NCBI GenBank assembly: GCA_965644265.1
Contig: OZ286462.1
Location: 70,928,001 to 70,992,000 of the forward strand
Reading direction: 5' to 3'
Source of the DNA: Glycera tridactyla
Lineage: Eukaryota
DNA length: 64,000 nucleotides
Translations under genes and position numbers: made by a program
The notes under the pieces: generated by a model
Told to the model about the DNA's origin: nothing
The model's database searches: none
Seen by the model: the letters and a program-made list of their open reading frames with translations, nothing else
Part shown: one piece after another, positions 23,557 through 35,380 of the stretch
Position numbering within the stretch: position 1 is the first letter of the stretch
How the letters are laid out: every line of letters begins with the position of its first letter

Positions 23557-25539
23557 GAAAGTGGTTTTCATTTATGCAGTGATGATGGAGGGTGGTCTCT
23601 GTGGGCATATAGTCATATATATTGGGGTTGTCTTGAGCAGCATTGACTGTATATATCAATAATGAGATGACATGGTCAATTTTAGGGATTCAGATAAACA
23701 TGTATTTTGACATGCATTTAACTATGACATCCACTAACCTCTCACTGAATAAACATCAAGAAGTTCATCAAATGACAGTTATTCCTAATGGAACCTATAC
23801 ATAAATGCCACCTTCGGAAAGCCAAAATAGTAGTGAAATGATATGTATAATGTAGGTTTTGCAGAGTAGCATCATACATAAAATGTGAGAATTTTATTCA
23901 AGGAAGAACAGCTGCTACTCCCTAAATCATAGTGGTTGGCATCTTTGCCTGTACTGAGATCCCCCATATATGCGGTTTATCTGTGAAGCTTCAGACTGTG
24001 TGGCAATATAGGCAGCCACTCCTGTCAATACACCTCAATCAAAATAAATAATTACAAATAAACCATCTGTTTGGAGGCTACTTTCTGATAGCCATTTTTC
24101 TTTTGATAAGCAGCCAAACCAATGATGAGAGACCATCCTAAATGTCACCAAAAGAGGTGGTCTCTCTAGTGGTCTCTCGTCGGAGGAATATTTGACTATG
24201 TCGAAAGGGGAAGCTGCCCTACAAAGGTGGTCTCCTGTCGGAGGTGGTCTATCATCAGGGGGTCTCCCAAGAGAGGTTTTACTGTACTGGTGAATATTAG
24301 GACATCAAAATCATGCTGAACAAGTCAGNNNNNNNNNNNNNNNNNNNNNNNNNNNNNNNNNNNNNNNNNNNNNNNNNNNNNNNNNNNNNNNNNNNNNNNN
24401 NNNNNNNNNNNNNNNNNNNNNNNNNNNNNNNNNNNNNNNNNNNNNNNNNNNNNNNNNNNNNNNNNNNNNNNNNNNNNNNNNNNNNNNNNNNNNNNNNNNN
24501 NNNNNNNNNNNNNNNNNNNNNNNNNNNNNNNNNNNNNNNNNNNNNNNNNNNNNNNNNNNTACAAAAACACACACATCTAGACACGTATGTATTGTACATA
24601 TACATATGTATATGTATATGTTTGCATATGCATACACAAATAATAAGAAAGAACACCTACTCTCATTGCATATGGTGCCTTCATGGAGGGGAATATGCGA
24701 AGCAAACGCTGCGCAAACCCATACAGCTGCATGTACTGTACACTATAGAATAGCATGCGGTGAACTGTTCCTCCTGAAGAACTCATTCATTGTACCATAT
24801 TTAGCACACATACACATACACACACACTTGAAAATACACGTCTACCCGGCCTCATTGCAATCACCATCTTCACTCAACCATTCAATCCTATATCACTCCA
24901 GGTGAAGGGTACACACAGTCCAGCCACCCCCTACAGGCAATCAACACCACCCTCTACTCAACTCCACAGTCTAATAGAGCCCCACTTTACCCTCATTGAG
25001 CGGATCCTCCATGTTTCCCGTGACCCACGCAATGCATCACTGGTGGTCACATGGTTGATGCGTGGAGATCAAGTATCCTCCGGTATAATAGAGATGTTGA
25101 GAAGCACTATCCAGTCAACATAGTCATATGTGTAGATCAGTTCTCATTCTAGTCCACCATCCTTTCCATCGTTCAACTTCCCATCATCGTCGTCTCGTAG
25201 CAATCATCATGGCTGCTCCCTCAGCCTCCAACACATGGCTTTGTTGTCCTAGCAGCGGTGACTACAGTCTGTACCAGGCATGAGGTGACTCTGCACTCCT
25301 CTCCACTGTGTGTATGCGGAGAGGGCAGACACTTGTGCTCCTTGTGCTATGAGTAGCAGGAACAGATGCCAGATCTAGCATGGTGCACCCCCCCCCCCCC
25401 CTCCACCATGTGAGCTCAGATAGAGTAAGGTAGCTGCTACAGCTGCTCCTGACTTCCACCACCCAAAACTGTGGCTGGGGCAGGCAGGGTGCACTCCCTA
25501 ATATTGATTGATCCATTACTGCTAACATCCAGCCCTATA

Positions 25540-25716
25540 CAGTGAAACCTGTAATGACAGACCACCCTAAACGTCACCAAAAAGTAGTCTTTCAAAATAG
25601 GTGGTCTCTCATCAGAGGTATACTTGACTACGTCCAAATAGAGAAGCTATTCTGAAAAGTGGTCTCCCATCACAGGTGGTCTCTCATCAGGGGGTTTTTC
25701 ACCACAGGTATCACTG
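25540..25716. mobile_element. MITE family B copy
   Basis: TA|CAGTGAAACCTG ... CAGGTATCACTG|TA. Confidence 0.82.
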
Positions 25717-27504
25717 TATAGTCATAATGTGATGCTATTTTTCCCCAATTCTTCTTCTATTTCCAAAAAAGGGTGAACATTTTAGCCGGGAATTAGCTTG
25801 AATCTGGCTGCAAGTTTCAAAATAGATTCTTTCAAGTATATATGTGTGGGAGTGGCTTCATAATAATCACCCCTTATAGTATCATCACAGGATTCACTGT
25901 ATCTGACATGTTTGCTTCTCATTGACATCACTACATAAAGTTGATGCTATACTTGCAACACTGCCCCCCCAAAAAAAAAATGATTGAAGAGACTCACATC
26001 TAGGGGGAAACACTTTCACTTAACTTCTATTTTGAATGAACTATACTCACTAGTGAAAAAGACAGTACATGTATTTGCTATGAAAGAACCATACTCATAT
26101 GTAATGAAACATTATGGGAAGTGATGGAGAGAATCATCATGAATTTCATGACAAATCATCAAATGGTGTTTTGATGTGTATGGTTCTTTCATTACAGGTG
26201 AGTAAGATCTTTTACTCACAAATCTTTTGAGTTTATCATGACTGGTATAATGATAGACATTTGTCAGGCCACAGTGATGAATTTCAATTAAATGATGTTA
26301 TCGAATGAACTTGAGAATCTCCAAGTTCTGCATAATATCCACTAGATCGTTTAAATGAGTATCCACATGTTCAAAGGATGTGACCAGTCTNNNNNNNNNN
26401 NNNNNNNNNNNNNNNNNNNNNNNNNNNNNNNNNNNNNNNNNNNNNNNNNNNNNNNNNNNNNNNNNNNNNNNNNNNNNNNNNNNNNNNNNNNNNNNNNNNN
26501 NNNNNNNNNNNNNNNNNNNNNNNNNNNNNNNNNAATTCTATAGATGCAGTAGTTCACTCAAAAAGTGAATGAAGAATAAAGATATTTTTGCATAGCCCTG
26601 ACATAAAAATCAGCACGCTAATAAGGCTATTTCCCAAAGGATGGGTACCAACTCATCATTACAGAGGTAGGAAATATTGTAATATAGAAGTTTCTCAATC
26701 TGAATCACAACACTGGCAATTCAATCCAATGTGATGATTTCAATCATAAAGCTGGAATAAACTAATGATGAATGAGTAATATTGCAGCTAGAACTTCTAG
26801 CCTTCAAAGGACAATAACTTCTGCGATCTGTAAGTTTACTCCAGATTTTTTAATCAAATTGTCACATGGAAATCAGACTGGATGACTGGAAGACATTTAT
26901 TCTTATTATTCAATCCAACATTGTTTCATACAAAGAAATAATGAATGTATGAATGCATTGTATTGAATGTGAGGAATGATACACCGGAATTTGATCTGAC
27001 TGCTTGAATATATAATATATACATGTGCATATTGTCTGGAATCATGCTGTAATTTTGCCTGTCTAAATAAAGCATAGATCTATAGATCTATGTCTGTGAG
27101 CATTTGGATATAATGCACTTTGAACAGCAAGCAACTTATGTACAAGCACAATATGATATGCTTGCCTCTTTCTGCTGCATTTTCCATCAAGTCAATACTG
27201 AACACCACAGCATTATCATATAATGTGGATCAATCATCGTACTCAAACATCCCAAATAGGAAATACATAGGAGCTGCTCTCAATCAAGCCAGCACTAGCA
27301 TTATCCATGTTCTTCCAATCTAGCAATGTCTATAACACAAAATGATATTTCAATTTTCATGAAAACATGTCTGACTGATGTGTCACAGGAAAATTCTCAG
27401 CCATCTGACAAAACTTGATACGCAGTCTGATGAATTGTAGACATGATTGACAGAATTTGATTATTAGTCCAAATTTCTGACATGAAGAGGCAATTATCAT
27501 CCGA

Positions 27505-28220
27505 TGTCAAGTGTAGTGTATATGTAATCGCCGCGCATCGGGTACATACGTATGGATCCTGTAATTTTTGAGGTTATATTGCGCGTCATGTAATCTCACG
27601 TGTTTGGTGAATCGGGCTCCGAGTGTAGCCGAATGCTTCCGCCACCGCTGATTGGCCATATAGAACAATCGCAGTCAAAGGTCAACTGGCAGCGTCACGG
27701 ATTCGATTTTTCTAGCGACACGGCAATAGCTAAGGAAGATGCCTTGAGGAAAATCGATGAAACTTCTCAACCAGAGCTCGGATTCTCACAGACCAAACAC
27801 GAAAGTAAAGATGATATATCGTTCTATCCAGATTTGTCATATGACGTAGATCGATTTTGAATTGATGGAGGAATCGCCGAGTGATTTCGGCGAATTTTAC
27901 ACGGGGATCGCGCAGCGCAGTGAGTAGCTTGACATGTCAACATGGAAGTGGGCGTGTCCAGCAAGTTTGATTGACACCTCGCACAATCCGCCATTCTCGG
28001 CGGGATTTTCAAACTTCCAAGGCTTTCAAATGTATCATTTAACTTGTCAAACATGAAAATCGGATGATAAATCAAGAATGATCCTCGTGCTGGGCACAGG
28101 GACACGTTACAGTCCTCGTAGCCGTGTCCCGGGACCGCACTCGTGGCCTACGGCCACTCGGGCGGTCCTGGGACCGGCTACTCGGCCTGTAACGTTTCCC
28201 CGCACCCTGCACTAATTATC
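27505..28220. mobile_element. CpG-rich element ending in a long hairpin (Crypton-like non-autonomous element, tentative)
   Basis: Abrupt CpG-rich block with an imperfect hairpin at 28104-28195 closed by GTGGCC-TAC-GGCCAC. The family assignment is recalled from repeat morphology, not demonstrated. Confidence 0.45.
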
Positions 28221-29419
28221 AGACAATGGGCAAATTAATCTCTGACAAATTTGAAGTCCTTTTTCCAAATGCTGACATTTATCCAGTGATTGTGATAACC
28301 CCATTTTCTTATTTATTCACCACAATATTGCAGTAAGAGCTCTACTTGCTCTCTTTCCATCGCATGAATCCGAACCTCCAGTTCCAGTGATGCAATTTCA
28401 CCAAAACGGTATTGCATCCCTTGGACCGCAACTGACTATTCAAATTGAGACCTTTGATGCATCATGCAAGTCCTGATATGGACACTGTGCCAGGAATGCA
28501 TTTCATAGTCAATATTCTTTAATTTTACCATATTAGATCATGTGCATTTAAGCTGCCTGTTTCATAGTGCATTTAAGTGACTCATCTGTAAGTTGACTGA
28601 TGGGTTGTCCATTTACAGTGTATACAATAAGAAGGCCAAAAATGCATCAAAATTATTAGCCGATCATCGATGATCAATATCCTAACCCGAATATCAAACT
28701 GTCTTGACCATTTTATATTAGTGGGACACTCCTGTGCAGCAAGTAAGAAGCTAATAGTGTCAGAGTGGCCCCTAAGTTGGTGGGCATATTGTGCGGTACC
28801 AGTAATATCATCCCTCCTGCATGCATCCCAACTATACAAACAGTAAATAAACAGATCAGACATGTGCTCGGTGTGCTCGACTTGGGGCCATCTTCTTGTG
28901 TATAACACAAATCCTCCCTCCTCCCACCTGTCATCCCCTCCTCGCCCCTACCTCAAGTAAACTCTTCTGTACAGCAAATAGCAGGGCTTGATGCAAAGGT
29001 TTTCAGCCTACTTTGGGCAAGTGCTCACTGAGATGAGCTTGCCCAAACAGTAATTGTACTTTGAATAGCTTCATCAGGTCGGAAAGTCAGATCAGTTGAT
29101 CCAGCAGGAGGGAACATGACAATCCTCCTTAGTAAGTGTCCTAAATGCATGATTAATTATCCAGTCACCAAAACTCAAGTTGCAAACATTGACTGAATCA
29201 GATATCTATCCCATTCACACCAAATCACTTCTGGGAGGAAGAGGACACTACATTTATGAGAGCCACTTTGTTGGATCCGAGCAGAAAGTAATGAAAAAGA
29301 ATAACTTGGCCTAACCGAAGACAATGGGTATTGAGTCTGGGTTTACTTCATGCCAATATCTGTTTAAACCATCTGTGCTACTGACCTACATAAGACCAAA
29401 CTTTTATGCTCATATCATA

Positions 29420-29964
29420 TAGAGCTATGTTACAGCCGTGATTTAAAATACCCCCACTGCCGCTTTGACACTAAGAGTGTATACAATATGGCCAAGGTAC
29501 AGTCCAATCTGTCTATAAAGGCCACCTTCAGTTGTACCAAAAAGTTGTTTTTATAGATAGGGGGCTTTCATAGAGAAGTCATTCACTGTTGGGAATGCTA
29601 TCACCCTCGCAGTGCAGGATGGCCTTTATAGGCAGGTGGCATTTATAGAGTGGTCGCAGCTCAGGGTGACCATCTCTCAAACAGGTTTGACTATGTGTGT
29701 GTGGGGGGGGGGGGGGGAGGGGGAGGGGTGCAGAGAGAAGGAAATGGGAAGTGTGTGTGTTTGTGGAGAGACCAAAGGAGTAGACAAAATCAACAACAGT
29801 CATGATGAAGAACAACAGAAGCATGGTCTATCACTGGAGAATCTTATCATAACAATGAAAGGAAAGCCAAGGGAGGTGTAAATAGCCTAACACCATATAG
29901 ACAGAGTTGATGGGCCTCGTCAATTCCAGCTGTCTCAAAGAATTCCAAACATACAGATACAAAC
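29420..29964 (+). mobile_element. Composite unit: Helentron-like 5' segment, family A MITE and spacer (copy 1)
   Basis: TAGAGC(T)..GTGA..AAAATACCCCC..TTTGACAC..CAATATGGCCAAGG, then a MITE (29500-29693), then a TG/G-run and GAAAGGAAAGCCAAGGG spacer. Repeated from 29965. Confidence 0.6.
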
Positions 29965-30040
29965 TAGAGCTTTGTCACAGAGGTGACTAAAAATACCCCC
30001 GCCACCACTTTGACACAGACTGTATGCAATATGGCCAAGG

Positions 30041-31586
30041 GTTTGATACGGTGAACCATGATAGATTATTATGGAAATTGAACAAAATTGGAGTGAAGGG
30101 AACAGAGTTAGATTGGCTTAGGTCCTTTCTAACATATAGATCTCAGCGCACCCAAATAAACGGTGTCCTCTCCGACCCAGAAACGATTACCTGTGGCGTT
30201 CCCCAGGGGTCCACCCTTGGACCACTATTATTCATAATATACATAAATGATGTCACGGAGATATTGAAGGACTGCAGCAGCTCCCTGTATGCTGACGACA
30301 CGGCTATACACTATAGCAGCAATGATTCAGCAGTATTGATAGATACGATACAAAATGATCTACATAATGTTGAAAGGTGGCTGAACACCGATAGGCTATT
30401 CTTAAACGTTTCAAAGACAAAACTGATGATCTTTGGGACAAGACATACCCTGTCGACCAGAGTGTTCTCTCCATCAGTATTGCAGGACAGGAAATAGAAA
30501 GAGTTGAGCAGTTTAAATATCTAGGAGTTAAGCTAGATCCTCTACTCTCTTTCATTACACATATTGATTATATTGCAGGAAAGATCTCCCAGCGCCTGTT
30601 TATGCTCTCTAAGGCCAGGGAATTCATTACACAGAATGCAGCACTGAAACTATACAGATCACTGATCCTACCACTCTTCTCTTACTGTGATATAGTTTTC
30701 TATTCGATCTCTCAAAGAGAGTCGTACCAACCGCAACTACTTCAAAATAAAGCCTTGCGAATCATACTCATGAGAAATCGCTGGGCACATACAGATGAAC
30801 TTCACATTGATACGGATCTTTTGCGCCTTTCAGAAGAAAGAGAACTACACCTTCTCACTTTTATGTATAAAAGCAAAAAGGGACGCTGCCCTCCGTATAT
30901 CAATGACCTTCTAATCCCACTTCATGACACTCATGAACATGAAAGAAGGGATTCAAGAACAGGAGACTTTGAATTGCCTCTAAGACGGTCTAGCAATGCC
31001 CAAAGATCTTTCTCATACCTTGGACCTAAGCAGAGGAATTCACTGTCACAAGAATTAAAATTGAATCAAAACTTGGAACCTAAAACGTTCAAAGCCCACC
31101 TAAGAAATTGGATCTGCTCCGGTAAAGCTGTCTACATACATATATCACAGGGGAAAGTTTGGTGATCATGATCTTTATTTGACCAGCGCTAAATGAGATA
31201 ACACGAGAACTCATAGTAGACCAAGAATAGGAGTAGACATACATGTGTAGGAACATAGCAAGAATATTGACAAACACTTGAGTGAAAACATGAAGTACTT
31301 TATTATGAATGTAATGAGAACATACAATTGTTATAGAATTTGATTAGAATGTTGTTAGAATATACTTTTACTATACCAAGCTGAGCAAGAGAAACCCTCC
31401 TGATTTATAGAAAGAAGATCTTAAGTCAATACTGATATTACATTGGAGTTTCATATGAAATGGGTTTAATCACTGGACCGCATATGGTAATTTCTGTCAC
31501 GGTTGCACCGAACATCATGTATACTTCACATATATGAACATGTATCCGTGAATTGCTAAATAGAAGTTTCTCATCTCATCTTATCT
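30041..31586 (+). mobile_element. 5'-truncated CR1/L2-group LINE with RT C-terminal half and 3' UTR
   Basis: FDTVNHDRLLWKL..GVPQGSTLGPLLFIIYINDV..YADDT (ORF 30024..30497). One frameshift near 30455, then FKYLGVKLD..LILPLFSYCDIV..LQNKALRII open to the stop at 31165. (TCTCA)n-like tail at 31569-31588 and CAAGG on both sides (30036-30040, 31587-31591). Confidence 0.92.
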
Positions 31587-31949
31587 CAAGGGACAACAAA
31601 CCTGTCAAACCAAAAAGTGGCATTTTCAGACAGGTGGATTTCATAGAGGTCATTTACTGTTGAGATTATTATCACAGTTGCAGCTGTGGTAGCTCAGGTG
31701 GCCTTTATAGTCTGGTGGTCTTTATAGAGAGGTGGTCTCTTGAGCAGGTTTGACTGTGTGTGTGTGGGGGGGGGGGGGGTTGAGGGAGCAAAGGATTAAA
31801 TGGGGTCATATATAGAAGAGCAACAAAACCATGTCTATTACGGAGAATGTTACATAACCATGAAAGGAAAGCCAAGGGCAGTGCGAGAGGCCTTAATGAG
31901 CCTCGTTGATTTCCGGCTGCCTCAAATTCCAAACTTACAGATACAACTG

Positions 31950-32206
31950 AACACACAAATACAAAAAATCTTCTATTTTCTCAAATAACTCTGGAATGAC
32001 TGGATCAATCTGCATGAAAATTGTGTCTTGCACATCTACATTTCATGGTGATGACATATGCCAAGTATCAATCCAATAGCTTGAGAAATGTGGGAGTAGT
32101 TCACGGGACAAACTTTTGCGGACAGACCAACCGACCGACCGACCAACCGACCAACAGAGTGACTCCAGTATACCCCCTTCCAAACTTCGTTTGGGCGGGG
32201 GTATAA
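31950..32206 (+). mobile_element. Helentron-like 3' segment with terminal hairpin
   Basis: CCAA/CCGA microsatellite followed by TATACCCCC..CCAAAC-TTC-GTTTGG..GGGGGTATAA (32169-32206). A degenerate second copy lies at 32207-32415 and a related segment at 61060-61210. Confidence 0.6.
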
Positions 32207-34592
32207 CAATCCTCTTTTTTCTCAAGTAACTCTAGAATGTGTGGATTGATTGGCATGAGGAGTGTGTCTTGCACATCTACACTTCATGGTGATGACATAT
32301 TTCAAGTTTCAATCCAATAGCTCAAGAAATGTAGAAGTGGGTTGGACAGACCAACCAACCAACTGACTGACCCACCGTAAGACCGACCGAACTGCATTTG
32401 GGCAGGGGTATACCCCCTGTAGGCAGTGTGCAGTCATTAAAATCTTCCATGGGCAATGGAACATCAAATTTTCATCTCCTACAAATGAGTCAGCCTCAGA
32501 AATATATAATCTATGGAGCAATTTGTGACTAAATTACCAGTGGGAGAGAAAGCAGGTCATTGAAGACCTATAAGTTATCCTTATGTAATGCTGTTTGTGA
32601 GCAAAAACACGGAAATCCGCGGATCCGTGGAAGAATCACATCCCTGATCACAGGTAGGCAAATAGACACCCAAACATTCAGACAGCAGTCAGCCNNNNNN
32701 NNNNNNNNNNNNNNNNNNNNNNNNNNNNNNNNNNNNNNNNNNNNNNNNNNNNNNNNNNNNNNNNNNNNNNNNNNNNNNNNNNNNNNNNNNNNNNNNNNNN
32801 NNNNNNNNNNNNNNNNNNNNNNNNNNNNNNNNNNNNNNNNNNNNNNAAAGATAGAGAAGAAAAGGAAAGGGGGAAGAGAAAATAACTTTATTTTTTATTT
32901 TGAACGAAATAATACAATTAGATACTCAGAAAGCAGTATCCAGAGTGTGGAAGCCAGACAGCCANNNNNNNNNNNNNNNNNNNNNNNNNNNNNNNNNNNN
33001 NNNNNNNNNNNNNNNNNNNNNNNNNNNNNNNNNNNNNNNNNNNNNNNNNNNNNNNNNNNNNNNNNNNNNNNNNNNNNNNNNNNNNNNNNNNNNNNNNNNN
33101 NNNNNNNNNNNNNNNNNNNNNNTACACTCACCATTTCTTGCGTACCACATCTTCCAACATACTGATCAAATCCCATTTCTTGATATCTATACCTTGCCTA
33201 ACAATATCCCAGAAGCTGCATCACTCAGCACAGCTACTAAGCAACAGAACAGTGGAAGGCAGGTGATCTACACTAAAGCCAGAAAATATTGGCAGTGACT
33301 CAAGCATTGGCCAACCCATTCAGCTGAATCATAGTACAAACAGTTGCCTATTCACCATCCGCATTCCATCAAACTGACCTTCTGTTTCATGCCATACTGC
33401 TTCAACCGGCCACTGATGCAGAGCTCCGGTCTGTTGGTGGGCCTGGGCCCTTGGCCCATCAATATTGCCCTTAATGGGTCCAACGGCCCCTTTGCTTGTC
33501 CCTGTTAACCACTGCTAAATAGGAGATGGCCCAGCATTTTGAGTTATGGCCCATGGTATTTCTAATCCATGGGCCATACGGGTCCAGTAACCTGTGGAAA
33601 GGTTTTTTTTTAACTAGGTGGTATCTATAGAGAGGTAGTTCATATTGTAAAATATCATCCCTATTATTACTCTGGGTGGTCTCTTTAGGAAGTTCATCAT
33701 TGATATCAATCCATCTCAACAGTTCACGAACAGAACTGAGAAGAAAAAATATTTTCACTCAGAATTCTGTCTCTCCATAAGTGTACAGGGTGCAAACCTG
33801 CTTTTGATCGACAACCAAAAAACCCAGGTATGATTCAAATGTAGTTGTAGTATAAAAACTGTGACTGGTTGATGGGAGTTTATTGGAATCAGGCTTGTGT
33901 GTGGGCTAACTTCCTGCTGTGGTTAGCCATTTGCAGCTGGCCAACTCCCCACTGCAAGCAATCAAGCTGTAGTGTATATCTGGCCACCAGATGTAGAAAG
34001 CACATTAGTGAATATCATGACTCACATGTCTATAGTCCATCCACTTCAAGAAGTTCAAGATGTTCGCTCACTGAAATCTGATCAAGTGAAATACTGAAGA
34101 GTTCAATGACTGGATAATAACAATGTCCAGCAAAATTGTTTGTTTTTCTTATCACCTCCATCATATACTACTGGGTTCTAAGTTAGCTACACAATATACC
34201 TGCCTGAGGCTCGGGGAAAACTTACTTCCTTTCATAGTACAGGTATTGGAAGTTCTACTGGAGAATGCATCAAGCAGACCTGGCATTAGACGTGCAATGA
34301 GGCTGTTGCTATAGGGATACTCCATATTGTGCATGTCATACTTTGAGGAATTCTTAGTTACCCATAGCAACTGATTATGAAGTCATAGTGAGAACCTTCA
34401 GAGAGGCTGTCAAGCTCTGTGATCTATGTTGCATGGGCTGTGTATTATGCAAGAGTCTGTCCACACAAGCATCCATATGCTAAATGAGAATGCAGATGAC
34501 ATGGTGATGTGAATGGGATGATTTGAATTTTCTAAAAATTACCTCCCATACTTCTGTATCCCTCAGCCAGGTTGCAGCAACTTCAATTTCAA

Positions 34593-35380
34593 ACTTTCAT
34601 AAAATTTTGTATACTCTCATAATTTTAGAAAAATTCAGAGTATCATTGTATATGAAGTCAAACCTGTCAACAAAGGTTGTATCAAGAAGTGGCTCCTTCT
34701 GCTTCTGTTCGATAATCAACATAACTCCACAAGGGTATTTGTCGGAAGGTGGCATTTGTTGAAACATCATTCACAGTGAAAAATACTATCACGGTCGCAG
34801 CTCTGGGTGGCCTTTGTAGGCAGGTGACATCTGTAGAGAGGTGATCTCTTGAGCATATTCCAATATACACCTTGTTCATTGGCATGAATGTACAAACAAC
34901 AAGTATCATGGTTGATTCCCATCATTTGACTTCACAGATGGCCCCATGGGTTTTATCGGGTGACTCATACTTCCACTAACTTGTTCACTTTCATAAAATT
35001 TTGTATACTCTCATAATTTCAGAAAAATTCAGAGTATCATTGTATATGAAGTCAAACCTGTCAACAAAGGTTGTATCAAGAAGTGGCTCCTTCTGCTTCT
35101 GTTCGATAATCAACATAACTCCACAAGGGTATTTGTCGGAAGGTGGCATTTGTTGAAACATCATTCACAGTGAAAAATACTATCACGGTCGCAGCTCTGG
35201 GTGGCCTTTGTAGGCAGGTGACATCTGTAGAGAGGTGATCTCTTGAGCATATTCCAATATACACCTTGTTCATTGGCATGAATGTACAAACAACAAGTAT
35301 CATGGTTGATTCCCATCATTTGACTTCACAGATGGCCCCATGGGTTTTATCGGGTGACTCATACTTCCACTAACTTGTTC
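34593..35380. repeat. Tandem duplication, 2 x 394 bp
   Basis: Copies start at 34593 and 34987 with one visible mismatch. They give the identical ORFs 34682..34909 and 35076..35303. Confidence 0.95.

Noticed and set aside
34226-34325. Candidate first exon MEYPYSNSLIARLMPGLLDAFSSRTSNTCTMKG with a strong GTAAGT donor
   Set aside because: The donor is phase 1 but the BTB exon needs phase 2; it would need an unseen intermediate exon.
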